From positions 95,563 to 159,562 of the forward strand of contig LBWX01000001.1 of the NCBI GenBank assembly GCA_000995065.1: a stretch of DNA of 64,000 nt. The letters are read 5' to 3'. A program made the position numbers and the translations under genes. Numbering within the stretch: the stretch's first letter is position 1; every line of letters starts with the position of its first letter. The notes under the pieces are model-generated. The model ran no database searches. It was not told where the DNA came from and saw only the letters and a program-made list of their open reading frames with translations. This document shows, in pieces, positions 56,515 to 64,000 of the stretch. This stretch comes from a candidate division CPR2 bacterium GW2011_GWC2_39_35. Its GTDB lineage: Bacteria; Patescibacteriota; CPR2.

Positions 56515-57501
56515 ATGTTTGCTAACATAATTAAGAGTAAATATCATTCAGACCCTATAATTTTTGAAATGAAGATAACAAAGCAAGAAAAATTAATTTT
56601 TAAAGAAATATTATGGAACAAGCCGGTTTACTCTTACAAAAAAACAGCCGGAAGTATTTTAGTACTGTCCGGATCAAAAGGAAGAGAAATCGTGCCAATC
56701 CAAATAATGGAAACGCTTTTTAGGGTGGGCTTAGGTCTACCAATCTTAGGTTTTCCAGAAGGTCTCTTAAGGACCTATAAAGAAATTCTACCTACCGAAA
56801 TGTCGCTACCCTTAGAGGAAACTCTATCCGGAAGCATGTCTCTTAAATCTTTATCAACAATTCTAAAGTTTGCCAAGGAGAGCGACCTAACGCTAATCGG
56901 ACCGGGCATGAGCCAAAACGCCGAAACAGTACAACTAATTTGGGAAGTTATTTTTAAATCATCTAAAAACATCATGATTACTTCAAATGCCATCAACGCC
57001 CTACTTGTGGGATTTGAGCTACTTAAAAAGAATGGCTCAAGTCTTACGAAGTTTACGGACCAACGGAATTCTAAAAAGAAAAATACAGTTTTAGTACTTA
57101 CGCCTCAGGAACTAATAAAAATTTTGAGAGTCCTTGAATACGAGGATATTAATTTAACAATGTTATCAAATAACAAGGCAAAATACTTAAACGAAGTTGC
57201 CTTAAAACTTGGATGGCTCATCGTTCTTATAGATAGCGATATCTATGTTGCCAGCAAAGATAAATTAATATTAACGGAAGTACGGAACACTTCCGGTCAT
57301 CAAAATGTTCTAATTGGCATTGTCAGTGCCTTTTTATCCCAAAACGAAAAAAAGCCGTTAGAAGCTATTACCACTGCAATTTATATTTTTAAAATAAGCA
57401 TAAACCAAGTAAAAATATCTACAAATCCGCAGCAAATTTCCAACACCGGTATCATAAAGAACATACCCGCCGCCCTAAAAGAAGCAGAAAAAGAGATTTA
57501 A
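56515..57501 (+). CDS. divergent YjeF-C / carbohydrate-kinase-like protein (NAD(P)HX-dehydratase fold with degenerate Gly motifs)
   Basis: ILVLSGSKGREIVPIQIMETLFRVGLGLPILG and LIGPGMSQNAETVQLIWEVI follow the YjeF-C pattern, but the conserved Gly-rich loops are degenerate. Confidence 0.35.
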   Translation: MFANIIKSKYHSDPIIFEMKITKQEKLIFKEILWNKPVYSYKKTAGSILVLSGSKGREIVPIQIMETLFRVGLGLPILGFPEGLLRTYKEILPTEMSLPLEETLSGSMSLKSLSTILKFAKESDLTLIGPGMSQNAETVQLIWEVIFKSSKNIMITSNAINALLVGFELLKKNGSSLTKFTDQRNSKKKNTVLVLTPQELIKILRVLEYEDINLTMLSNNKAKYLNEVALKLGWLIVLIDSDIYVASKDKLILTEVRNTSGHQNVLIGIVSAFLSQNEKKPLEAITTAIYIFKISINQVKISTNPQQISNTGIIKNIPAALKEAEKEI

Positions 57502-57577
57502 AAAGCATATCCAGGCATTTCTTCTACAAATCCTGAACCACCCTCACTTTTTAAAAAACAAGAAAAATAACTCTAGT

Positions 57578-57659
57578 TGTCATTCCCGAGCAGGCGGGAA
57601 TCCAGGAAGTTCATTATGTCCCCAAGCCTTCTGGATCCTAAGTTTTCACGGGGATGACA
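57578..57659. other. GC-rich structured element (candidate small ncRNA/cis-regulatory RNA)
   Basis: 11-bp closing stem TGTCATTCCCG / CGGGGATGACA (one G-U) enclosing nested hairpins ATTCCCG-AGCAG-GCGGGAAT and ATCCAGGAAG...CTTCTGGAT; stands out from AT-rich surroundings. Confidence 0.25.
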
Positions 57660-57837
57660 AAAAAGTGGGGGTGGTTCTACAAACCATTGATAATATTTTA
57701 AAATGTGTTATAATATTGTTCTGGATCTGTAAATTAAAATATAGCTATTTAATGCCAATTAATTAGACTATTAATATGCCAAAAGACAGACAGCATTTTA
57801 ACCGGCCGGCCACTTAAAGCTCCAAAGGTGCGAAAAA

Positions 57838-57922
57838 TGGTGCCGGGAGAGGGACTCGAACCCTCATGCCTTTTGGGCACACGATTTTGAGTCGTGCGTG
57901 TATACCATTTCACCACCCCGGC
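57838..57922 (-). tRNA. tRNA-Leu (anticodon CAA), class II with long variable arm; 3' CCA encoded
   Basis: Minus-strand sequence GCCGGGGTGGTGAAATGGTATACACG-CACGA-CTCAAAA-TCGTG-TGCCCAAAAGGCAT-GAGGGTTCGAGTCCCTC-TCCCGGCACCA folds as a cloverleaf; anticodon loop CUCAAAA. Confidence 0.8.
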
Positions 57923-57975
57923 TAAATATGTTTAAATTCGATAATTTATTATAATAATTTAAGGCGAAAAAGTCA

Positions 57976-59016
57976 ATGATAAGAAAAAAACCAAGCGAAG
58001 ACAAAAATGACGACCATATTTCCTTCGACCATTATGTTCCAGAACATATAAAGAAAAAAAAGGACGTTTCTTCTAATAACGAAAAAGAGAGATCCAAGGA
58101 GCCCATCAAAGAGAATATTTCCGAAGATGATTTCACTTTAAACCATCAAAGAGAGAAAAAGAAAGCAAATAAATCCCATTTATTGTACGAAAAGTACGCT
58201 GATTTATTTAAAGACAGTGCTCTAGGATCTAGGAAAAATAAAGAGTCAGTGAAGGAAAAGTTTACTATTAACTATCATAAGGTAGCAAAACATTTATTGG
58301 TTGTTCTCTTGGTATTGCTAGGATTCTATTTTATTCTAAACATGCCGCTATATTATCACCGTTATTCTCAAATGAAGCAACTAACCGAAAACACAAGAAA
58401 TCAACCGGAAGTCACGCCCATACCGACGCCTGCTCCAATTAAGCAAAAATCTGCTCCAACTGCAGAAAGCCGCCTAATTGTTCCTAAAATCACCGTCGAT
58501 GTACCGATTGTATTTGTAAGTTCCCGCGCCGAAAAAGATATCCAAGAGGGACTCCGTAGCGGGGTAGTGCATTATGCCGGAACTGCTATGCCGGGGGAAA
58601 TTGGAAATACCTTTATTACCGGCCATAGCTCTAACTATTGGTGGGAAAAGGGCAGCTATAATTATGTATTCAGTTTGCTAGACAAATTAGCAGTTGGGGA
58701 CACAGCTACTGTTTATTATAACGGTTTAGTTTATGAGTATATCGTTGGCGACAAGGTCGTGGTAAATCCAACTGATGTTTCTGTTCTCCAGCCAACATCA
58801 ACTCCAACTTTAAGCCTTATGACATGTACTCCTCCCGGAACAGATTGGCGACGATTAGTTATAAGGCTGAAGCAATCCTATCCGGAACAAGTTATCATTT
58901 CTAAGACAACACCGGCACCCAAAAAAGAAGATATTAAAGAAACCGAAGCATTACCTAAAGAACAAGACTCGCTTTTAAACTACGCTCTCGAATCATTAGT
59001 TGCTTTGTTTAAATAG
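57976..59016 (+). CDS. sortase (transpeptidase) with N-terminal cytoplasmic Lys/Glu-rich region and TM anchor
   Basis: TM LLVVLLVLLGFYFIL; catalytic domain with FITGHSS (His), TLSLMTCTPPGT (TLxTC Cys) and downstream Arg. Confidence 0.75.
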   Translation: MIRKKPSEDKNDDHISFDHYVPEHIKKKKDVSSNNEKERSKEPIKENISEDDFTLNHQREKKKANKSHLLYEKYADLFKDSALGSRKNKESVKEKFTINYHKVAKHLLVVLLVLLGFYFILNMPLYYHRYSQMKQLTENTRNQPEVTPIPTPAPIKQKSAPTAESRLIVPKITVDVPIVFVSSRAEKDIQEGLRSGVVHYAGTAMPGEIGNTFITGHSSNYWWEKGSYNYVFSLLDKLAVGDTATVYYNGLVYEYIVGDKVVVNPTDVSVLQPTSTPTLSLMTCTPPGTDWRRLVIRLKQSYPEQVIISKTTPAPKKEDIKETEALPKEQDSLLNYALESLVALFK

Positions 59017-60408
59017 TTACTCTGTCGTAATTTTTAAAAGAGTATTCTTGGCGTCTAAGAAATAAAACGTTTTAAAATCGTTTAGAAAATAAAGGGGGGA
59101 GTTAGCTTTTTCGGCCAGAACAACCTGATTAGCTCCATCAAACTCTAGAAGAATATCCCTATCATTTTCCTTTACAACTATGTGATTACTGTCAGGGTAC
59201 CATTTTGCATCTATAATTTTACCGCTGATAAGCGAATATTCTTTTTGTTTATCGACATCGTAAACCCAAACCGTTTTTTCGTTTCCAAAAAGAATTCTCT
59301 TACCGTCGCCAGACCACTCGGCAAATGTAGCAGATATTGATAGCTCCTGGGTTATTAATTTGCCATTAATTTCTGAAATTATATTTAAAATCCCGTCCTT
59401 TAGAGATAATGATGCAATATGATCATTGGCCGACTGATACTCTATTTTATACTTATCGCTTTGCGGCAAACTGCTTAATATCTTTTCATTATTCTGGCCG
59501 CTTGTCTCCATCCGAGAAAGTGTTATATCTTTTGTATCTTTATTTGGCGAGATATATATAATTTTATTTTTATCAGTTACCTCAAAAGAAAGAATATTCT
59601 CTGCAAGCACGGCCGATATGCTTTTATCTTGTAAATTTATTCGATGAAGATTGCCGCCCTGGATACAAAAAAGCTCGTTGTCCGAAGTATGATGCCAGCT
59701 AACCTCATCAAAATTAAGCTTAAAAATTTCTGTCAAATCTAATTCTTCAGAAAAATCTTTACCAAAAAGAACTACAAATGATTTTTTCTCGACTGCCGCC
59801 CCCTCTAAAAGAAGTTTATTATTACCCGAAGACCAAGTAATGTTTGTTATCGCATTTACTACCCCCGGCCTGCTTTTTGGATAAACCTCTACTTGCTTAT
59901 TTTCCGAAGTTTCATATAGATAATATTTATTCTTTGCACCTTCATTTTCCTCAAGTATCAACTTCCCGAGATCATGGCTCTGAAATATCCTTAAGATTCT
60001 TTGATTCGAGGTAATGTTTTCGTATATAGGATGCTCCGAAATAAGCCAGATATAGTTAGCCCAAGTAACTAAACCTCCGTAGACTGTCATAGTCTTATTC
60101 CAAGAAAGGTAACCTTTCTTTTCTACTCGGATCCTGTTTTCGCCCGGCTCAAATATATTTAACTTAGTTGGAAACATATTGGAACCAATCTTGTATTTAG
60201 AAAGTTTTTCGTTAATATAAAGCTTGGCTCCAGACGGCCTCGATGTAAATATAATCATGCCATTTGGATACCAACTTTTAGTCTTAAAATCAAAATGATT
60301 GCCTTTTGCTACATTGGTTAACGCATAAAGAGATATCGCAAAAATGATGCCGACTAGCAGGTAAAAAAAGGCGCTTAAAATTGTGGGTGATCCGGAATGT
60401 TTTTTCAT
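59017..60408 (-). CDS. membrane-anchored PEGA-domain / beta-propeller-like protein
   Basis: N-terminal signal anchor, PEGA-like segment (TSRPSGAKLYINEKLSKYKIGSNMFPTKLNIFEPGENRIRVEKKGYLSW), repeated W/Y-rich beta-strand motifs. Confidence 0.4.
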   Translation of the reverse strand: MKKHSGSPTILSAFFYLLVGIIFAISLYALTNVAKGNHFDFKTKSWYPNGMIIFTSRPSGAKLYINEKLSKYKIGSNMFPTKLNIFEPGENRIRVEKKGYLSWNKTMTVYGGLVTWANYIWLISEHPIYENITSNQRILRIFQSHDLGKLILEENEGAKNKYYLYETSENKQVEVYPKSRPGVVNAITNITWSSGNNKLLLEGAAVEKKSFVVLFGKDFSEELDLTEIFKLNFDEVSWHHTSDNELFCIQGGNLHRINLQDKSISAVLAENILSFEVTDKNKIIYISPNKDTKDITLSRMETSGQNNEKILSSLPQSDKYKIEYQSANDHIASLSLKDGILNIISEINGKLITQELSISATFAEWSGDGKRILFGNEKTVWVYDVDKQKEYSLISGKIIDAKWYPDSNHIVVKENDRDILLEFDGANQVVLAEKANSPLYFLNDFKTFYFLDAKNTLLKITTE

Positions 60409-60494
60409 AAATACTAAATTTGACTATAATTATACCTTGAGTGCAATAAATAAACAAGTGTACAACCAATCCTTTTTATGTTATAATATAGCCT

Positions 60495-61769
60495 ATGCAA
60501 AAATTAATTATAGAAGGACCGAATAAGTTAAAAGGGGAAGTCGAAGTAAGCGGCTCTAAGAACGCTGCCCTAGAGCTTATTCCTGCTTCGCTTTTAGCCA
60601 ATAGCCCAAGTACTATAAGAAACGTGCCAAATATTTTAGATATCAGAAATCTTCTTGCCATCATCGAAGATCTTGGTGGCAAGGTCTCCTTTAAGGAAAA
60701 TGTCGTCAACATCGATCCGACTTTAATTAATAGTTATAAACCTTCCAGAAAGCTGATGGGAAGACTTAGGGCTTCAATAATGCTTACTATTCCGCTTCTC
60801 ATGAAATTTGGAAAAGTGGAAATACCTTTTCCCGGAGGCTGTAATCTTGGTAAGCGTTCTCTGGATGAACATTTTAATGCCTTCAGGTCTCTTGGAATCA
60901 AAGTAAAAGAGGTGAACTCCCACTACAAAATTTCGACCGAAGGGATCATGGGAACAACTTTAAACTTAAACTTTAGCGTCACCGGTACGGCAAATGCTTT
61001 GATTGCAGCTGTTCTTGCCGAAGGCACAACGATCATTAAATTAGCCTCTGCCGAACCGGAAACTTTAAATCTTATCGAATTTCTAAACAAAATGGGCGCA
61101 AAGATCAAATGGCTCGAAGGTCACATCTTAGAAATTAAAGGCGTAAAAAAGCTTCATGGCACCGAAATTAAAACTATTCCCGACCGGATAGAGGCTGGTA
61201 CTTTTGCTTTAGCAGCAATTGCAACTCACGGCGACGTCATTGTTAAAAACTTTGTCCCTCATCATAACGATGCTTTTTTGTTTAAGCTTAGGGAAATAAA
61301 TGCCAAGTTTGAGCTGGGTAAAAATTTTATTCACATCAAAAAAGGGACAGCTTTAAAGCCAACCAAGATTCGAACAAACTGTTATCCGGGTTTTCCAACT
61401 GATTTACAAGCTCCATTTGCCGTAGTCTTAACTCAGGCCGAAGGGATTAGCGAAATATTCGAAACAATCTACGATGGAAGATTAAATTATCTTTATGAAC
61501 TTGAAAAAATGGGCGCTAAGATAGCAATCGAAAATTCTAACTTAGCAACTATCTATGGTCCAACACCGCTTTTTGGCACAGATATCGACACCTTAGACTT
61601 AAGAGCTGGCGCAACTCTAATCATCGCCTCTATTTTAGGACAAGGGGAATCTCAGATAAATGGCGCCGAGATAATTGACCGAGGTTATGAAAATATAGAA
61701 GAAAAATTCCGAAAACTCGGTGCCAGAATAACCAGAGTCGAAAGCGAAGGGGCTAAGAACCTCTTTTAA
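60495..61769 (+). CDS. murA: UDP-N-acetylglucosamine 1-carboxyvinyltransferase
   Basis: MQKLIIEGPNKLKGEVEVSGSKNAALELIPASLLA, PGGCNLGKRSLDEH catalytic Cys loop. Confidence 0.9.
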   Translation: MQKLIIEGPNKLKGEVEVSGSKNAALELIPASLLANSPSTIRNVPNILDIRNLLAIIEDLGGKVSFKENVVNIDPTLINSYKPSRKLMGRLRASIMLTIPLLMKFGKVEIPFPGGCNLGKRSLDEHFNAFRSLGIKVKEVNSHYKISTEGIMGTTLNLNFSVTGTANALIAAVLAEGTTIIKLASAEPETLNLIEFLNKMGAKIKWLEGHILEIKGVKKLHGTEIKTIPDRIEAGTFALAAIATHGDVIVKNFVPHHNDAFLFKLREINAKFELGKNFIHIKKGTALKPTKIRTNCYPGFPTDLQAPFAVVLTQAEGISEIFETIYDGRLNYLYELEKMGAKIAIENSNLATIYGPTPLFGTDIDTLDLRAGATLIIASILGQGESQINGAEIIDRGYENIEEKFRKLGARITRVESEGAKNLF

Positions 61770-61831
61770 AAAACTTTTATTCGATCATCAAAAGTGCTAA
61801 TATTAACACTAGTTTAAACTGGAACTTATTT

Positions 61832-62833
61832 ATGTTAGTAAAAAGAATTGGAATTGACCTCGGGACAGCAAACGTTTTGGTATTTGTTCCCAAAAAAGGC
61901 ATCATAATAAACGAGCCATCGGTAGTAGCTATTTCTAATGATCAGAAAATCCTAGCTGTTGGCGAAGAGGCAAAACTGATGGTCGGAAAAACACCCCATA
62001 GCATTACAGCCTATAGGCCCTTAAGAGACGGTGTCATTGCCGACTATGTTGTAACCGAGGCAATGATCCGCTACTTTATCAATAAAGTTAGCGGGGGAGT
62101 AAGACTTTTTCGACCTGAAATTATGGTTTCAGTACCGGCTGGCGTTACGTCAACTGAAAAAAGAGCCGTAATTGATGCTACAAAACAAGCAGGAGCAAAA
62201 GAAGCCTATATTATCCCGGAACCGGTAGCAGCAGCCATTGGCGCCGGAATCCCTATCGATTCGCCGGCCGGAAATATGATAATCGATATTGGGGGCGGCA
62301 CTACTGAGGTTGCAATCATATCCTTGGGTGGCATCGTTGCTTCTAATTCTGTAAGGGTCGGTGGCAATAAAATCGACCAGTCAATTGCCGACTATATTAG
62401 AAAAAAATACGGTCTCGCCATCGGCGATAGAACGGCAGAGGAAATCAAAATAGAAATTGGCAGTGCTATTCATGAAAAAAAGAACCAGGAAATGGAAATA
62501 AGAGGTCGGGATATGATTGCCGGACTCCCTAAAACGGTTTCCGTAAGTTCCCACGAAATTACCGAAGCTATGAGAGATGAATTAGACAAAATTATCTTGG
62601 CTGTAAGAGTTGTCTTGGAGCAAACTCCGCCAGAGCTCGCTTCCGATGTTATTGATAGAGGAATGGTCATGACCGGCGGCGGCTCATTACTTCGAAATAT
62701 CGGCAAACTTTTAACGCAAGCTACCGGAATTCCATGTATAGTTGCCGACGACGCGAAACTCTGTGTCGCCAAGGGCACCGGCATTGCGTTGGAGCATCTA
62801 GAGGATTACAAACGAAGCTTTTTATCAAAATAA
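61832..62833 (+). CDS. second MreB/Mbl-like actin homolog
   Basis: IGIDLGTANVLVFVPKKGIIINEPSVVA, DIGGGTTEVAIISLGG; paralog of the 6027 gene. Confidence 0.85.
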   Translation: MLVKRIGIDLGTANVLVFVPKKGIIINEPSVVAISNDQKILAVGEEAKLMVGKTPHSITAYRPLRDGVIADYVVTEAMIRYFINKVSGGVRLFRPEIMVSVPAGVTSTEKRAVIDATKQAGAKEAYIIPEPVAAAIGAGIPIDSPAGNMIIDIGGGTTEVAIISLGGIVASNSVRVGGNKIDQSIADYIRKKYGLAIGDRTAEEIKIEIGSAIHEKKNQEMEIRGRDMIAGLPKTVSVSSHEITEAMRDELDKIILAVRVVLEQTPPELASDVIDRGMVMTGGGSLLRNIGKLLTQATGIPCIVADDAKLCVAKGTGIALEHLEDYKRSFLSK

Positions 62834-62910
62834 TAAAACCGGCTTGCCGTATGGCCCAATAGCCGAATAGAAAAAGGGCCATTAAGCCATTCGGCAATCA
62901 GACCACTCAC

Positions 62911-63447
62911 ATGATTCCAACAAAAAAACAAGCACTAAAGATTTTAGATCAATACGACTTGCCCGAACCCGTCATCAAGCATTCTCTTTTGGTTTGTGAG
63001 GTTTCGGATTTTATCGGCCAGAAAATGATAACTAATGGACAAAATGTTGAACTTGAAAAGTTAAAGGCGGCTGCCATTTTGCTCGACCTAGACAAAGCAA
63101 TAGTTGGTTCAGATTATAAAAAACACGGACATGTTGCCGCTCAAATACTCTCGAAAAAGGGTATGAGCGAGATTGCTCCATTAGTTAAAAAACATTGGGT
63201 GGGAAATATAGGAACATCAGACTTAAACCCTCAAACGATCGAAGAAAAGATACTTTTCTATGCTGACAAAATTACCTCAACCAAAATTGTTTCTCTGGAA
63301 GAAAGGGGTTTCTCTTGGCTCAAAAAACTCCCTGGTAAAAAGGATAGAATTTTAAGAAACCTAAGCCTTGTCGGAAAACTAGAGGAAGAAATTTTAAGCC
63401 TTGCAAAGATCACCTTTAAAGACATTGAGCAGCATTTTAACAGCTGA
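62911..63447 (+). CDS. HD-domain hydrolase
   Basis: HSLLVCEV...H...LLDLDK...HGHVAAQIL...FYADK pattern of an HD metal-dependent phosphohydrolase. Confidence 0.5.
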   Translation: MIPTKKQALKILDQYDLPEPVIKHSLLVCEVSDFIGQKMITNGQNVELEKLKAAAILLDLDKAIVGSDYKKHGHVAAQILSKKGMSEIAPLVKKHWVGNIGTSDLNPQTIEEKILFYADKITSTKIVSLEERGFSWLKKLPGKKDRILRNLSLVGKLEEEILSLAKITFKDIEQHFNS

Positions 63448-63449
63448 GT

Positions 63450-63632
63450 CTACAGCTCCGCATTTCCGATAAGCCAGCCGGAGATAAATATAAATATTAC
63501 AAAATCCATCACTAAGGCTGGCGGATAAAAAGCAACCAGATCTAAAAGATTAAAAATCCAATACAATAAAACCGCTGATACTAGAAATAAAGCCGCGTTT
63601 ATTAATACCAATCCGAGAATCCGAACTATCAT
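63450..63632 (-). CDS. small two-TM membrane protein
   Basis: 60 aa, entirely hydrophobic; could be spurious. Confidence 0.2.
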   Translation of the reverse strand: MIVRILGLVLINAALFLVSAVLLYWIFNLLDLVAFYPPALVMDFVIFIFISGWLIGNAEL

Positions 63633-63700
63633 ATTGCTATCTTATTACTATGAGGTTGCCTAAACTACGTTCATTTTGTATACTACTTACATGAACAATA

Positions 63701-64000
63701 GTTTATTTAAACAGGTCTACGTAAAAGATTTAAAAGAAGGCGATAGGGTGGCTGGACAGCCGTTTGTGATTAAATCCCTTAAGAGAGCTACCTCAAAAAG
63801 CAATAAGCAATATATAGATTTAGAGCTTGGCGACAAAACGGGCAGCATAAAGGGTAAGATTTGGTCGGATAACATTCCAAACTGTGCTGAGGCAAAGCTT
63901 GGCGATGTTGTTTACGTTTCCGGCAATATAGATAGCTATAGCACCAATCTGCAATTTATTATTACCACCATGCTACCTTGCGATTCTTACGATATAGGTG
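63701..64000 (+). CDS. OB-fold nucleic-acid-binding protein, YhaM/Cbf1-like 3'-5' exoribonuclease N-terminus (partial, continues beyond window)
   Basis: MNNSLFKQVYVKDLKEGDRVAGQPFVIKSLKRATSKSNKQYIDLELGDKTGSIKGKIW resembles the YhaM OB-fold N-domain. Confidence 0.4.

Noticed and set aside
1-64000. Alternative genetic code with UGA reassigned (code 4/25), as an explanation for the in-frame TGAs at 37367 and 51634
   Set aside because: At least ten confidently annotated genes terminate at TGA (uppS, serS, pilM/N 27577, membrane 33198, pilins 36634 and 37263, the 18001 gene), and an intact RF2 gene is present.
1-64000. CRISPR arrays, rRNA genes, IS elements/transposases, integrases
   Set aside because: No direct-repeat/spacer periodicity, no rRNA-like conserved stretches, and no transposase or integrase-like ORFs were found on reading both strands. 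The only mobile-DNA hint is the GC-rich HNH-like fragment at 51.4-51.8 kb.

Overview
This is a low-GC (~35-40%) bacterial chromosome segment, about 90% coding, with standard stop-codon usage (many genes end in TGA, and both RF1 and RF2 are present). The gene content is a streamlined housekeeping backbone. One block is prfA, rpmE, rpsB, tsf, frr, uppS, rseP, proS. A second is mreB, mreC, mreD, a PBP2 transpeptidase, greA, a class-I lysyl-tRNA synthetase, serS, hpf and secA. A third is prfB, ftsE, ftsX, two EnvC-like M23 peptidases, ctpA, pyrG, rplI, then a dCMP-deaminase/dCTP-deaminase/thyA/folA block. Further along are rpmA, def, rdgB, a tRNA-Leu(CAA), a sortase, murA and a second mreB paralog. 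The class-I LysRS, the absence of pyrH and cdsA at their usual positions, the sortase and the small proteins are compatible with a Patescibacteria/CPR-like or other reduced Gram-positive-type lineage; this is inference only.

The accessory part, roughly 23.0-39.4 kb, is a type IV pilus-like locus. It contains two paralogous secreted proteins, several pilin/pseudopilin genes, a PilM/N-like fusion, a PilO-like protein, a PAS protein, a PAS histidine kinase, a single-domain response regulator, a major PilA-like pilin, PilB and PilC. It is followed by an LPxAG cell-wall-sorted Pro/Gln-rich surface protein; a matching sortase lies at 58-59 kb.

The most unusual signals are two small genes whose reading frames are each interrupted by a single in-frame TGA, at 37367 and at 51634 on the minus strand. 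The first has a strong promoter, an SD, an ATG, four codons, then TGA, then 131 open codons with no other start codon. A stable extended hairpin begins 12 nt after that TGA, and the unit ends in a clean terminator. Other notable points are an acidic disordered protein with a MinD-like C-terminal membrane-targeting helix, a 19-bp perfect inverted repeat in front of pyrG, a bacterial Elp3 homolog divergent from a stand-alone AsnB-like domain, and a GC-rich structured element next to the tRNA. No CRISPR array, rRNA or recognisable transposon was found.
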